The notes: generated by a model not told the origin, from the letters alone. A stretch of DNA of 64,000 nt from Chiloscyllium plagiosum (GCF_004010195.1 NC_057719.1:29178822-29242821), one strand, 5' to 3'. Positions 49,243 to 63,061 are shown, numbered from the stretch's first letter. Made by a program: numbers and translations.

Positions 49243-51812
49243 GCCTGGGATGGATGTGTTGTCCCAGTTGAAGTGCTGTCCTTCCTTATCTGTTTGTAAG
49301 GATACAAGTGATAGTGGGTCATGTCTTTTTGATGTTCATAAATCTTGGTGGTGGGTTTTCTGCCTATTTCTCCAATGTAGTGTTTGTTACAGTTATTGCA
49401 AGGTATTGACACTTGTTTTGCTTGTTGACCGTGTAGGGTCTTTTAAGTTCATTAGCTGCTGTTTAAGTGTGTTGGTGGGTTTGTGAGCTACCATGATACC
49501 AGGAGGTCCGAGTAGTCTGGCGGTCATTTTTGAGATGTCTTCGATGTAGGCGAGAGTGGCTAGGCATTTTGACTGTTTGTTTGGGTTTGTTGCTGAGAAA
49601 TTGGTGGACTGTTGTTCCTCTGTGCTGCAGTGTGTGGTGGCTCAGTGAAATAATGTTCTAAACCAGGTTCATTTGTGGGTATTGGGATGATTGCTTCTAT
49701 AGTTCAGTATTTGGTCCGTATATGTTGTTTACCTGTAGACACTGCCTTGAAGTTCCCCATTGGCTGTTTGCTCTACTGTGACATCTAAGAATGTCAGTTT
49801 GTTGTTGTTTTCCTCTTCTTTTGTGAATTTTATGCCACTAGGGATATTATTAGTGGTCCTGAAAGTTTCCTCTAATCTGTTTTGTTTAGTGGTGACAAAG
49901 GTGTCGTCCACATAGCGGACCCAAAGTTTGGGCTGGATGGTTGGCAGAGCTGTTTGTTCTAGTCTCTGCATTACTGTCTCTGCTAAGAACCCTGACCCAT
50001 GGATGTTCCATTCATTTGCCTGTAGATTTTGTTATTGAAAGTGAAGTGGGTGGTAAGGCATAGGTCCACTAGCTTGATGATGTTGTCTTTTCTGATGAAA
50101 TTGGTGGTGTTTGGTGTATGTATCTTTGGTTTTTCTAAAAGTGTTGTCAGTGTTTCTTTGGCCAGGTTGATGTTGATGGATGTGAAAAGTGTTGTTACCT
50201 CAAAGGAGACCATTATTTCATCCCCTTCGATCTTGGTGCCTTTGATGGTGTTCAGGAATTTTTGGGTGGAGTGAATGGAATGCCTTGAATCTTCTACTAA
50301 GTTTATTAGTCTTTGGTGTAGTTCCTTGGCTAACCTGTACGTTGGTGTTCCAGGTAACGAGACTATGGGTCTGAGGGGAGCTCCTGGTTTGTGAAGTTTG
50401 GGTAATCCGTAGAAGCGTGGTGTGTTGGATCTGTCTGGTTTCATTTTTTGGAAGTCTGTCTTATTTAATTCTCCAGATTTCTGAAAGTTTTTGAGCGGGA
50501 CTGTGATTCAGTTCTCTATTCGTGGTTTGAGTCTGTCGCCACCTGTTGCTAAGTGTTGGTATCTGCAAGCAGTGTGTTCATTTTCTCAATGTTGTCTATT
50601 TGATTTAAAATGGCTGTCAAGTGTCCTCTGTCTGCAGGTAGGATAACAATGTTTTTTTTGAGTCCTTCTAATGCTTTCCTTTCTTGTGTATTGAGTGTGT
50701 TTCCTTCCTTTTCCCTGATTAATGTTGGTGTGACTTTCTTATGGTTTGCTGAGTTTCTTCTGTGAGTTTGTTGTCCTTCAGTGTTGTTTCTAATGCTGCT
50801 AAGAAATCTTTCTTGTCTGCATCCTGGAAGTTGTAATTTAATTCTCTTATTAAGACAGCTTTTTCAGTATCTGTTAAGGGTTGGTCAGATAAGTTTTTTT
50901 TATCCATGGTTCTAGGTTGTCTGTGTTGTTATTTTGTGTGAGTTTGTCGAGATTTTTCTGCAGATCTAGTTTTGTTCATTTTCTGCATTTGTCATTGTCT
51001 AATGTCTATGGCTCTTTCTACTGTGTTTGTCCATTTATGGTCTGTCGCGTTAGTAGAGGCAGTAATGCAGTGAATCAAACAAACAGTTCTGCCAACCATC
51101 CAACCCAAACTTTAGATCTGCTACCTGAATGACACATTTGTCATAATTAAACAAAACAAATTAGAGGAAACCTTCAAGACCATCAATAATACCCTTACTA
51201 GCATAAAATTCACAAAAGAGGAGAAAACAACAACAAACTGGCATTCCTAGATGTCACAGTAGAGCGAACACTCAATGGAGAACTTCAAACCAGTGTCTAC
51301 AGGAAAACAACACACACGGACCAAATATTGAACTATAGAAGCAATTATCCCAACACCCACAAACAAAGCTGCATTAGAACATTATTTCAATGAGACAGCA
51401 CACACTACAGCACAGAGGAACTACACAAAGCAGAGGAAAATCACTTATACAGCGTATTCAAAAAGAACAGGTGCCCAATGAACAGAATCCACTGATTTGT
51501 CAGCAACAAACCCAAACAAACAGACAAAATGCATCTAGAAATCCTGGCCGCTCTCCCATACATCAAACGCCAGACTACTCAGACCTCTTGGCATCATGGT
51601 AGTCCACAAACCCACCAACACACTAAAACAGCAGCTAATGATCTTAAAAGACCCTATACAGACAACAAGAAAGATGAATGTCATTTTCAAAATACCTTGC
51701 AAGAACTGTAACAAACACTACATTAGACAAATAGGCAGAAAACTAGCCACCAAGAACATGAACATCAACTAGCCACAAAAACACATGACGCACTATCACT
51801 AGTATTCTGACA
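49243..51812. mobile_element. Penelope family 2: minus-strand copy (49243-51040) with inverted plus-strand arm (about 51065-51812)
   Basis: PRFYGLPKLHKPGAPLRPIVS, WVRYVDDTF; plus arm repeats the thumb-GIY region. Confidence 0.88.
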
Positions 51813-51899
51813 TAGAATTTCAAACTAAGTTTGAGAGAAAGCAACTCAGTTTAGAATTGCTCAAATCATCTTCCTCTTCTAAACAAAAATAAGGTTCTG

Positions 51900-54800
51900 T
51901 GTGCCGATTCAGTAAGGTTACTAGTTTTTTTCAATCATCTCTTTGGGAATTCAGAACTGGGGGAATGAATGTTACAGCAGTTGCATGCCCCTCTTGTAGG
52001 ATGTGGGAGGTAAGGGTCACCACTAGTGTCCCCACTGACCTCATCTGCAGGAAGTGCACCCAACTCCGGCTCCTTGGAAACTGTGTTAGGGAATTGGAGC
52101 TGGAGCTGGATGAACTTTGGGTCATTCGGGAGGCAGAGGGGTAATAGAGAGGAGTTACAGGGATGTAGCCTCATTTCAGGTAAAGATAGATGGATTACAA
52201 TCAGGGGACAGAAAGAGAACAGGCAGAGAGTACAGGAATCCCCTAGGGCCTTTCCTCTCAATAACAAATATACTATTTTGGATACTGTTAGGGGGCGACC
52301 TCCCAGGGGAAAGTCATAATGGCCAGGTTTCTGGCACTGAGCCTGGCTCTGTGGCTTAGAAAGGAAAAGGGAGAATAGAAAAGCGTTAGTTGTAGGAGAC
52401 TCAAGAGTTAGAGGAATGGACAGGTGATTCTGTGGTTGCGAATGGGACTCCCAGAAGTTGTGTTCCCTGCCAAGTGCCAGGGTCCGGGATGTCTCTGATC
52501 AAATCTACAGGATTCAAAAGGGGGAGGATGAGCAGCCAGAAGTTGTGGTGCACATTGGCACAAATGACATATCTAGGAAAAGGGATGAGGATCTAAGGGA
52601 GTTAGGTTGGAGAGCATTTCATTGGGGGAGGGGAAATTACACTGCTATTAGACAGGGGCCGTGGAGTATAAATTTGGAACAATTGTTCTACAGGACATAC
52701 GCAACAGAAATGTGGAGGCTGTTTATGGAGCACTTGTTATGAGTATTGAATAACTTTTTCCCACTGACGCTGGCAAGGAATGGTAAGGTGAAGGAGCCTT
52801 GTATGACGAGAGAAGAGGATGTTCTCGTTAAGAGGAAGAAGGAAGCTTACTTAAGCCTGCTTGGCACACCCTCCTCATTCCTGAAGAAGGGCTTATGCCC
52901 GAAACGTCGATTCTCCTCCTTTGATGCTGCCTGACCTGCTGCACTTTTCCAGCAACACATTTTTAAGCTTAACGTTGAGGAAGCAAGGATCTGGCATAGC
53001 TTTAGAAGATTACAAGGTAGCTAGGAAAGAACTCAAAAATGGACTGAGGAGAGTATAGAAAATAAAGAGCATGAAAGCAAGGGAAGGGTTAAAGCGTGGA
53101 GTCCACTGCCGATCTGTTGCAAGGGGTCTGTGGAATGCAGGATGGGATAAGAATAGTGGAATGCTTTTACACCAATTAGCAGAGTAAGGTTGAGGCTGAA
53201 AGGTCACTATGGTGAGATGAGATAACACAGTTAGTAAAGTTAGCCTCCCTGTTAAGTATCATTATGACAAGATTGAGACCATAAATATTTGGGACATGAC
53301 ATTAAATATCTAATTAATAGTTAAGTAGAGTCAACCTGCTTGAGACTATTGACAATAAATATCTAATCATGACATTAGGAAAATATTAAGTCGGGTCTGG
53401 AATGAAAGATCATTGTTGCAAAATCTGACACTAAATATCTAACATTAGAATGACATTAGGTAGAATGTACAGCTGAAAAAATAATGGGAATTAACATCAC
53501 TGGTTTATTGTGTAGCAAGAGTAAGGTACTTTGATTAATATAGTTGGACATGCTGATAGGCTAACAAAACATGATTAAAAAAATATAAAAAGCCATGGAC
53601 CCTGAGGTTCGTGGGCATTCGAGAATCTGCTTTCTCAGTGTCACAGTTTTTTGTTTGCAAATAAAAGATCTACTTCTTGAAGAACTCTCTGCATCTCCTG
53701 GTGATTCTCTACATTTTCTCCACGACAAGAGCAAGGAGATATCATGAGAAAGCCTTGGCAGAAAGGCAGAAAACCCAAATGCATTCTACACTTAATGTGA
53801 GGGATAAGAGAATGATCAGAGAGAGGGTAGGGCCAATCAGGGATAGTGGAGGGAACTTGTGCCTTGAGTCTGAAAAGGTAGGGGAGGCTATAAATGAGTT
53901 TTTTGCTTCAGTATTCAATAGAGAGAGGGACCTTGTTGATAGTGAGAACACCATGGACTAGTTAATAGGCTTGAACAGATTGATATTAATAAAATGGATG
54001 TGCTGGAAACTCTAGGAAGCAATAAGATAGCTAAGTCCCCGGGACCAGGCCAGATATATCCAAGATTACTACAGGAAGCGAGGAATGAGATTATTGTGGT
54101 GTATATGGATTTCAGTAAGCCATTTGATAAGGTTCCCCAATGTAGGCTCATTCAGAAAGGTAGGTGATATGGGATACAGGGAAATTTGACTGACAGGGTA
54201 CAGAATTGGCTGGCCAAAAGAAGATAGGAAGTGGTAATGGATGGAAAGTATTCCATCTGGAGGTCGGTGTCCCACAGGGATCTGTTCTTGGGCCTCTGCT
54301 CTTTTTAGTTTTTATAAATGAGTTGGATGAAGAAGTGGAAGTGTGGGTTAGTAAGTTTGCTGATGACACAAAAGTCAATGGTGTTGTAGATAGTGTTGAA
54401 GGCTGTTGCAGTCTACGACAAGACATTGATAGGATGCAGAGCTGGGCTGAGAAGTGGCAGATGGAGTTCAACCTGGATAAACATAGAATGATTCATTTTG
54501 GAAGGTTGAATTTCAATGCTGAATACAGGTTTAAAGGCAGGATTCTTGGCTGTGATGAGGAACAGTGGGATCTTGGGGTCCACGTACATTGATCCCTCAC
54601 AGTTGCCACCCAAATTGATAGGGTGGTTAAGAAGGCATATGGTGTTTTGACTTTGAGTTTAAGAGCCACAAGGTTTTGCTACAGCTCTATAAAACCGTGG
54701 TTAGACTACACTTGCAATATTGTATCCAGTCCTAGTAACCTTATTATAGGAAGGATGGATATGCTTTGGAGTGGGTGCAGAGGAGATTTACCAGGATGCT

Positions 54801-55250
54801 GCATGGATTGGAGGGCATGTCTTATGAAGAGAGGTTGAGTGAGCTAGGGCTTTTCACAGTAGAAAGAAGAAGGAAGAGAGGTGACTTGATAGAGGTATAC
54901 AAGGTAATGAGAGGCATAGATAGAGTAGATAGTAAGAGACCTTTCCTCAGGGTAGAAATGGCTGTTATGAGGGGTCATAATTTTAAGGTGATTGGAGGAA
55001 GGTATGGGGAGATGTCAGAGGTAGGTTCTTTATGCAGAAAGTAGTGGGTGTGTGGAATACACTGCCAGCGGTGGTATTGGAGTCAGAGGCATGACAGACA
55101 TTTAAGCACTGCTGGACAAGCACATGGACAACAGTAAATTGAGGGGTGTATAGGTTAGGTTGATCTTAGATTTAAGTTAAATGCTTGGCATAACATCGCG
55201 GACTGAAGGCCCTGTACTGTGCTGTACTGTTCTATGTTCTATATTCTAAT
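51900..55250 (+). mobile_element. CR1 LINE retaining ORF1 (zinc finger/leucine zipper + SGNH esterase) and deleted ORF2
   Basis: CPSCRMWE..CRKC..VRELELELDEL; VGDS.VRG; VVVHIGTNDI; PQGSVLGPLLF..FADDTK; (tgttcta) tail. Confidence 0.92.
53054..53727 (+). mobile_element. Solo LTR (ERV- or Gypsy-type), 4-bp TSD
   Basis: agag duplicated at 53050-53053 and 53728-53731; tataaaa near 53584, aataaa near 53660; ends ccacgaca. Confidence 0.75.
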
Positions 55251-55620
55251 ATCTTAACCATAAAAAGGCAGTTACAAAGAAAGGGAAATAGCTGTCTATT
55301 TCTGGGAATGTGGAAAGTCATGGATGAGCAGTGGATATTGAAACTCATATGATCTGAGGGAGCTTGACAAGGGATGTTGAGGAGTTGTTTCTGCTAATGG
55401 AGGAATGTCAAACTAGGGGACACATTTACAGAATACGGACACACACTTATAAAATTGAGATGCAAAAGAATGCCTTCTCCTAGAGGGTAGTAAATGACTG
55501 GAATTCTCTACCTCATAGAGTTGTGAAGACTGGATCACTGAAAGATTTAATGAAGTGCTAAGTGAAATTTTGAAATGTCAGGGAGTTGTGGGCTCTAATG
55601 AGCTGGCACAAAAGAGGAGC

Positions 55621-56879
55621 TTGTTAAAGTTAAAAATCACACAACACCAGGTTGATTTCGAAGTACAAGCTTTCAGAGCACTGCCTCTTCATCAGGTAGC
55701 TAATGGGGCAGGATATAGGGCACAGAATTTACAGTAAAAGATCAAAGTGTCATACCACTGATGCAATGTACTGACCAAGCAGACGCTACAACAATGTATG
55801 AATGGACACTGCGAAATAATCGCCAGACAGAGATGTTCCCTCCCAGTCAGGGAATACTTCAGCGGTTAAGGGCATTTGGCTTTGGATCTTCGGGTGACCA
55901 TCCTCAAGGCAGACTTTGGGATACGCAACAACACAGAGCAGAAGCTGATAGTCAAGTTCGGTACCCATGAGGATGGCCTCAACTAGGATCTTGGGTTCAT
56001 GTCACATTGCAGGTGACCCCACTACACTATACACTTCACAAATACACACACACAGGCATGCATACATACATACACGCACTCTTACACACACACAGTCCCA
56101 AAGACCCTCTCTCATAACACACGCTGTCTCAGTCATACACATAAGCATATTCACAGTTATGCGCATACCTTTTCACAGGCATATACTCTGTAACACTTGC
56201 GCACACATTCTATCAAGCACGCCCACGTAAGCACACACACATACACACACTCGCTCTGTCTTCCACATGCACATGCACACACATACACTCTCTCTCTCTC
56301 TCTCTTCCCCTTACCCACACACATACACGTGCACACTCATATAAGTCTATGGGGTGAATTTGCATTTGCAGATTTGTATTTGCAGATACATTATACTTTG
56401 TTCAAAAAGCACACAATCTGTAGGCAGTCAGTCCTTTTGACATTTTATCAATTCCTACTTTGGAAATAAAACCAGTCTGACGCAAGATTGGGATACAGAC
56501 AGACTCTAACCTCACACCTTTAATGCATTGTCTGAGCTGAGATGTCACTTTTTTAAATAAAATCTTAAGTTACCTTGGAAATATGACTTGAAAGAAGTTA
56601 TGGGATTTACATATTAATGAATCAAAACCTGCAACCCCAATCTAAGTGATTAAAGAATTAATAGTAATATAGGTTTTGTTCAATGCATTGTGTCATGTAT
56701 ATGACACTTTGATCTTTTGCTATAAATTCTGTGTTCTATGATTCTGCCCCACTAGCTACCAGAGGAAGGAGCAGTGCTCCGAAAGCTTGTACTTACAAAT
56801 AAACTTGTTGCACTATAACCTTGTGTTGCATGATATTTTTAACTTTATCCATCCCAGTCCAACACTGGCATCTTCACAT
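55621..56879. mobile_element. Penelope-like family 3: GIY-YIG C-terminus + 3' UTR with short inverted 5' arm, TSD
   Basis: MNGH..EQKLIVKFGT..GLN..GFMSH; cacaaaagag duplicated at 55607-55616 and 56880-56889. Confidence 0.82.
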
Positions 56880-58440
56880 CACAAAAGAGTAGTTAAGTTC
56901 TAAGTGCAAATGAGCCATGGTCTTGTTGAATGGCAGGACAGATTTAACAGGTTGCTTCAGTTTCCTATGTTTTTACTGAGGTTGCTGTAGCATTAGATAC
57001 ATTCATGCCTGTGCTGAAATGTAGTCTAGTGTTGTACATTGGGAACAGACACAAATCCATTTGCAGCGGACTCTGCAGGAATTGCCCAAGAAGTCAAAAG
57101 TTATGGAGCACAATTACTCAGCATCTGGAACCCCTCCTCCTGAGATTTAATCCCTGAGTAGTTCCCAAACTTTTTGAATGCCTAATGCTTCCAACCAATT
57201 CTCCCAACACCCCCAGCTACCCCACTAACCACATCAGAGACAGATATTCCTTGAATTACCTCTAAAGACTCAGTCAAACCTCAACACTGCCTTGCTGAGA
57301 TACGTGGTCTGGAACATTTGAAACTCAGTAAATCTGTAATAATACTAAACCTTGGGAAATACAATAAATTGTATCTTTTGAAATTGAAAAACCAAATGGC
57401 TTTTGTTTCTAATTCACACAAGCTATCTGGTTAATTAAAGAATCCAGGAACACCGGGAAGTTGTATTTTCTCAGTGTGAAAACAATTTAGGCTCCTTCAT
57501 CTTCAATTTTCCGCTTAAAGGGACTTCTGATCCATAATACCTAGAGCAGTGAAAGAAGTCAGTTCCTGAGTCCATCTCAGTTGGAACCGAGGTCACACCC
57601 CATAATGTTGGCACCAATCTGATCCAGACTAGCAGTCCAGCCAATTTTCCCCCAAAGAATTCCAAGTGGCTGTAGCAAGATACAAATTTACATGTAGTCC
57701 AAACCTCTGGATCGTGATGATAGTGACTTCAATTTTATTTCATCACATGACTGATCAGGAATTTCTCCTGCTCTTATCAGTTGCCATTCTAATATGTTGG
57801 ATGAATCTCTTTTTCCATGTTATGAATACACATTTCTTGGCCACCAAGTCATGGAGTGGGACTTGAACCCAGAACTTCTGGCTTAGAGACAAAGAGACTT
57901 CCTCCTGTGCAGCAGGCCCTTCCCATATTTAGGATACTTAGGTTATTAAGCTAGGGAGTATGGTGGTCCATTCTTCTGATTTTAATACGGAAGAGCGCTC
58001 TGGTCAACTGTCAAATCACTGTAGTAAAACATATCTAATTTACAATACTCTGTCTAACCACTGAAATTGAAACAAAAAACTTTTATTTGTATTTTGTTTT
58101 TATACAATGAATCAATTTCAGTAGCATTTCTTTTGTGATGTGTTGACTCCCATGTCTCACACCTCCTTTGAGAGATTGTCAAACCCATCTACTTACTAAA
58201 AGGGCCTGACTACCCTAAAACTTTGGAGAGGTTTAAACTGTCCAAATCATCAACGAAGTTGGAATGGCAAGAATGCTCCATGTGGACTGTCTATATGCCC
58301 ATTTACCCCCATGCAATGAAAATTGTTGATAAAGGGAATTGCGGGGGAGGAGTGGTGGAGGGTGGAATCATGGCATTCTAATAATTGTTAATTAACTGTT
58401 CCAATATAGTAACGTCCCATCAACACACTCTTGGCAAAAG

Positions 58441-58664
58441 GAGAAAGTGACGAATGGAGATGCTAGAGATCAGAGTTGAAAGGTGTGGCAATGGAAAAGC
58501 ATAGCTGGTCTGATAGCATCTGAGGAGCAAGAGAATTGATGCCTCGTGCATAAGCACTTCATCAGGAATGAGGGGATGAAAAGCCTGTGCCTGAAATGTC
58601 AATTCTCTTGCTCCTTGGATGCTGCCTGACCTGCTGTGCTTTTCCAGCGCCACACTTTTCAACC
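58441..58664. mobile_element. Short inverted Penelope family 1 3'-end insertion, 11-bp TSD
   Basis: cttggcaaaag at 58430-58440 and 58665-58675; diverged inverted arms. Confidence 0.82.
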
Positions 58665-59331
58665 CTTGGCAAAAGCCAAGTTCAAAAAACCAATTGTCTC
58701 ACATCCAACTCCAATAGCCCAGGAGGAAAAGAACATCAAGAGAAAATTCTGAGAGAGTGTAGCAGTTGGGGAAAGGTTTACCTCAGCTTCCAACCCTGCT
58801 GAGACCCCAACAATGACTGCTTCTACTGAACTAAAAATCCTGGTTCTGTGAGAGTGTGACCATGTATATTCAGGCTGCTTCTGTTGTTTCAACTTTAAAG
58901 ACCCAAAACCTCACATACTGTTTACTGTAGTGACTCTGGTAGATTGCATTGCACCTCAGCCTTAAAACCTTTCTTCAAAAAAATGCCAGGAGAATATCGA
59001 CCTCTTACTGCCACATTATTGTCACAGTCCCAACTCAGCAAAAATATTTGTTTAATGTCTGCCATTTCCTAATTCCTCATGATAATTTCTATTGTCTCTA
59101 CCTTTAGCGAAGCAATAATTATTTAAATTACTCTCCATTGCATATATTTTTAAAAGCTCTAATCCATGTTTGTATTTCTGTCCAGTTTAATTGCATACCT
59201 AGTCTTTTTCCACTTTTAGGGTTAGTGGCTCTTAGCTAGCTTCTGAAAGACATGCAATATTCTGGCTTATTACTTTTCTTCACCATATTAAAAACCTTTC
59301 TTAATCTAACATCTTCTTTATTCCCCACATA

Positions 59332-59505
59332 CAGAGGAACCTCGATTATCCAAAGGACACGTGTGGGCAATATTTTGTTCGGTTAATTGAATTCTGGATA
59401 ATCGAATGCCAGATAACATAGTTTAGCCGAGCATTAGGATCTTGCAATCTTGCCAGATAATCCGATATTCGAATAATCAAATGCTGGATAATTGAGGTTC
59501 CTCTG
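59332..59505. mobile_element. Tigger/pogo-type MITE with TA TSD
   Basis: TA-cagaggaacctcgattatcca ... tggataattgaggttcctctg-TA. Confidence 0.88.
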
Positions 59506-62205
59506 TATACCATGGATAAGTTTTATATGGTGCTTTCTCCTTTCTCATGGTATAAATTGTTTGTTAAAACAGTTTGAGTAGAATCTTATAAGACTCTGAA
59601 CAGTATGGGCTATGCCAAGATGAGTTCATCGAGACCATCTTTTTGTAACTTCCTCTCTTTACTCAAGTGGCATGGTGAGATTCTTGTCTGGGATCTGAGT
59701 TCCCAACTGGCACTCTTTATTGCTCATTAAATGGTTGGTTAACAGCCCATTTTGCTACCGATTGTGATCTTACTGACTACACCTGAAAATACAAGCTGTC
59801 AGAAAAATTTGACATGGAAACCAGAACACGTTTGTAGGCGGTTTAACTTGCTGCTTGTTCTAGGGGATTGATGTTGGCCAGGGACAAAATGGAATGCAGG
59901 GCAGGATCCACCAGCGTAAACCACATGAAACCTTCCGCCCACAGACATTGGCAGTCCACTTTCAAGAGGAATGCCACCACTTTGGCATTGGCTAAAACAC
60001 TGACACCATGCCTTGCAAGGGCAGACTGAGCTATGAAGGCACGCAGGCAATCAGCAGTATATGGCTGCATTGGGTACACATACTGCACAGGGTAAATATC
60101 TATTACATGGCTTTTAACAGTCTATCTGTTAGGGCTTAATCATTGCTGTCTCAGTATGCATTCACCTGTGCCTACTGGCATATCTTCAGCATCATAAGTT
60201 GCTTTTTGCTGATTTGTCCTGCTTTGCCTTTAACTGGTAACTGTCACGGTCAGGCAATCAGCCAGGTGGCCACTCTGTGCAACAGTCCTCAGTCAAAGAT
60301 CAAGAGGCATGTACAGCTTGTCATATGTCTGTGAGCCATGTCACTCCAGACCGTGCACAACGTGGCTTCCATGTTCGCACCGAATGACACCTGTCATTCA
60401 AAGGAGCCGAGCATGATCAGTCAGGGGCTGCCTCCCATGTCAGTCTGTGATTTAGACATAGATAAGTAGCTGGTTGTTGTGGCTTTGCACAGTGACCATA
60501 CCACTGTACTGTAAGAAGTGGGTCATGATCAGTTATTTTTCTGCACAAGGGCCTGTCCTGGGGAGAACTGTTACAGTCAGGGATAAATGTATACACCAGC
60601 AGTTGAGGGCAGTTCAGGTCGCTTGAAATTAAGGGGGTTGGGGGGAGGTGGGGTGCAAGGGCAATGGAGACTGGGGGAAGGACAAGCAGGTAGGCAGTTA
60701 TAACCACAGATATACAGCCTGGTTAGTGGCCTGGGGGAGCGTGAGCCTGTGGGGTTAACAGAATGGAAATCTGGAAGCAAGAGCCTGAGGTTGGGGGGTC
60801 TCAGTGGCACATTAACACTTAGGGAGAAAGCCTTACAGAAGCCGATTTGCTGTCATGCCAGTTGTGAAGCCCAAATAGTGTTCAATAGAATGACTGTGGA
60901 GAAACTCACAATTGGTGTGGAAACTGAGTCAATTTCTGAGGAAGTGGGCAGTATCTGCAACTATTTGTTGGGCATTTGCAGGGAACAGTATTGTCCTCCA
61001 ACACGTGATAGGTTGGCCATGCATGTCGCCTACCGTATGGCCAGCCTGTAGCATTGACTGTCTCAGTGGTTGTACCACCCCAGCATCTCAGCAAGGAGGG
61101 TCAGTGGGTCCTGAATACCTATCTACCACTGCTGCTCCTCCTTGCACACCTACATGGAGTCCTTCATGGCTGAGACCCCAGGGCCAACACTTGGCAGGGC
61201 TCAGAATGTGTCTGGTCTCCAGCAGTCCTCTGAATGCTAGTGGTCTGGGCCATTTCCCCCTCACCCAAGTGGGAGATACAGGTGTGTGTAATTTAGCAAT
61301 CTCATTGGTGATCTGGGAGAGACCGACAATATGTTGTCATTCATGCTTCTGGGAATCCAGGAGTCAGTGCAGACTATTATAACTCTAATGCTTTCATACA
61401 ATTATCTGGGAATGTCAAGGAACTCTCTTGTGTGGGAGATGGTCTGGTGTTTTGGAAGATGGGTCTTCTTGCAAGACGTAAGAGTCAAAGGCTTTACATT
61501 GTGGGTTAGTAGTTGAGAGTGTGGTGCTGGAAAAGCACAGCAGGTCAGGCAGCATCCAAGGGATGCTGGTCTTATGAAGGAGCCCTGATGAGAGGCAAGC
61601 TCCTTTGTGAACCTTTGTGAACCTTACACAGTAAAAAGGGGGTGAAATAAAGCATTATTCTTGCCATGTGGGGTCAAAGAAAGACTAAAGTGGTGAGTTT
61701 GGTAATATACGGTGAATAATTATCCAACTTCATAGCAAGAATCATTTCAGCAAACTGAATGTGACTGGTGCCAAAAACGGTAATTTTGTACCCTTTGAAT
61801 CACTTCCTTAAATGTTTTCCATTCTTTGCTTGCCATCAGACGTTTTGATCTAGTTGCACAATCAGCCTCAGAGTTCAATAGACTTAACAGTCAACCTCGC
61901 TTTCACCAAATTAATTTGCTTTGTTTAGTTTTAAGATTTTTGTTTTGGACTTTTGGCTAGCTCTCTACTTTTGGAATTTTGATTGTCATTAGCACAACAT
62001 ACATTTTCTTACCATGCCTTGCTTTTTTTTCTCTATTTTTGAAAGCAAAGTGATGAAAATTGTTCAGTGTGCTAATTGGATTATCACATAATGTGATTTT
62101 CAATTTATTACATTATGATAGATTTAACCATGCCACATACGTTCCAATGTCTTTGGACTGTTGAAAACAATAATCATTTTCATACACTTCTTCCCCCTTT
62201 TTTAG

Positions 62206-62318
62206 GCACTGATTGGACTAAAATCTATGAATAGCGACCTCGAAAAGACCATTAATGACACACCTGTTTTTCCACGAACACCTGAACAGGTTGAGCTAGG
62301 ACAAAAGGAATTTGGAAT
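62206..62318 (+). CDS. SIX6OS1: Putative exon (ALIGLKSMNSDLEKTINDTPVFPRTPEQVELGQKEFG-M); 3' boundary uncertain
   Basis: Strong ttcccccttttttag| acceptor; FPRTP recalls FPKTP of human C14orf39 (from memory); donor at 62318 keeps frame, donor at 62289 does not. Confidence 0.65.
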
Positions 62319-63061
62319 GTAAATATATGATTACTGAGACAAGTTGTTATGGATTAGAAATTATGTTTATCTTAGAAAAGAGTAAATTTAAAACATTTAA
62401 GTGTCTTTTTTAAAGTGGCAGACATTATTTGCCCAATTGTTCTGCATATTTGAAAACTAGGTGTAAACCTGCCCTGAAGAGAAACAGTCTCTGGACAAAT
62501 TTTCACTTTGAAAAGGTCCCCCAATGGACATGCTATTTCTTTAAGGAATAATAGTCCAGGAAAATTAATATTCCATGTATTGGCCTAATATGTATGTGGA
62601 TCGATATTTAATTTTGCTGAGTGATACTCCTGTGAAGAGTCTTGGGATTTTTTTTGCATGAAGTCAGTATATAAAGTTATTTTCTCCACAACTGTTGATT
62701 ATTGCCCTATTTTGAAGCAGATTTCAGCTCAGTTCTTTCAGATGCTGGCAGAATATCAATTCTATTCACTCTGACTCCTTTAGGATGGTTCATTGCATTA
62801 TTCTTTTGTTGTTATTCATCTTAAATTGGTGTGATGCAGCACAGCTGTTGGTCCTTGCTAAAATGATAGGCTTTCCCTCTACTATCTGACTAGTGGCTCT
62901 TACTTATGATTTCACAACTGAATTATCATCACAGTACTCAGCAGAATAAATTACAAGCTTCTATTCCCATTATCCATTTTGGCCAGGTTTGTAGCATCTT
63001 GTCATGCCTATGTTGTTTCTATGAAGGAAATGCTACAATTTAAATTTTATCTTTGCATTAG

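Noticed and set aside
1..55250. Segmental duplication between the CR1 copies at 1-4215 and 51900-55250
   Set aside because: Similarity is confined to the element, with different deletions and nested insertions; same subfamily only
57470..57680. Unique-looking segment as exon
   Set aside because: No open frame bounded by convincing acceptor and donor in the required phase
60300..61500. GC-richer block with short ORFs
   Set aside because: No recognisable motif; possibly old transposon remnant, cannot support a call
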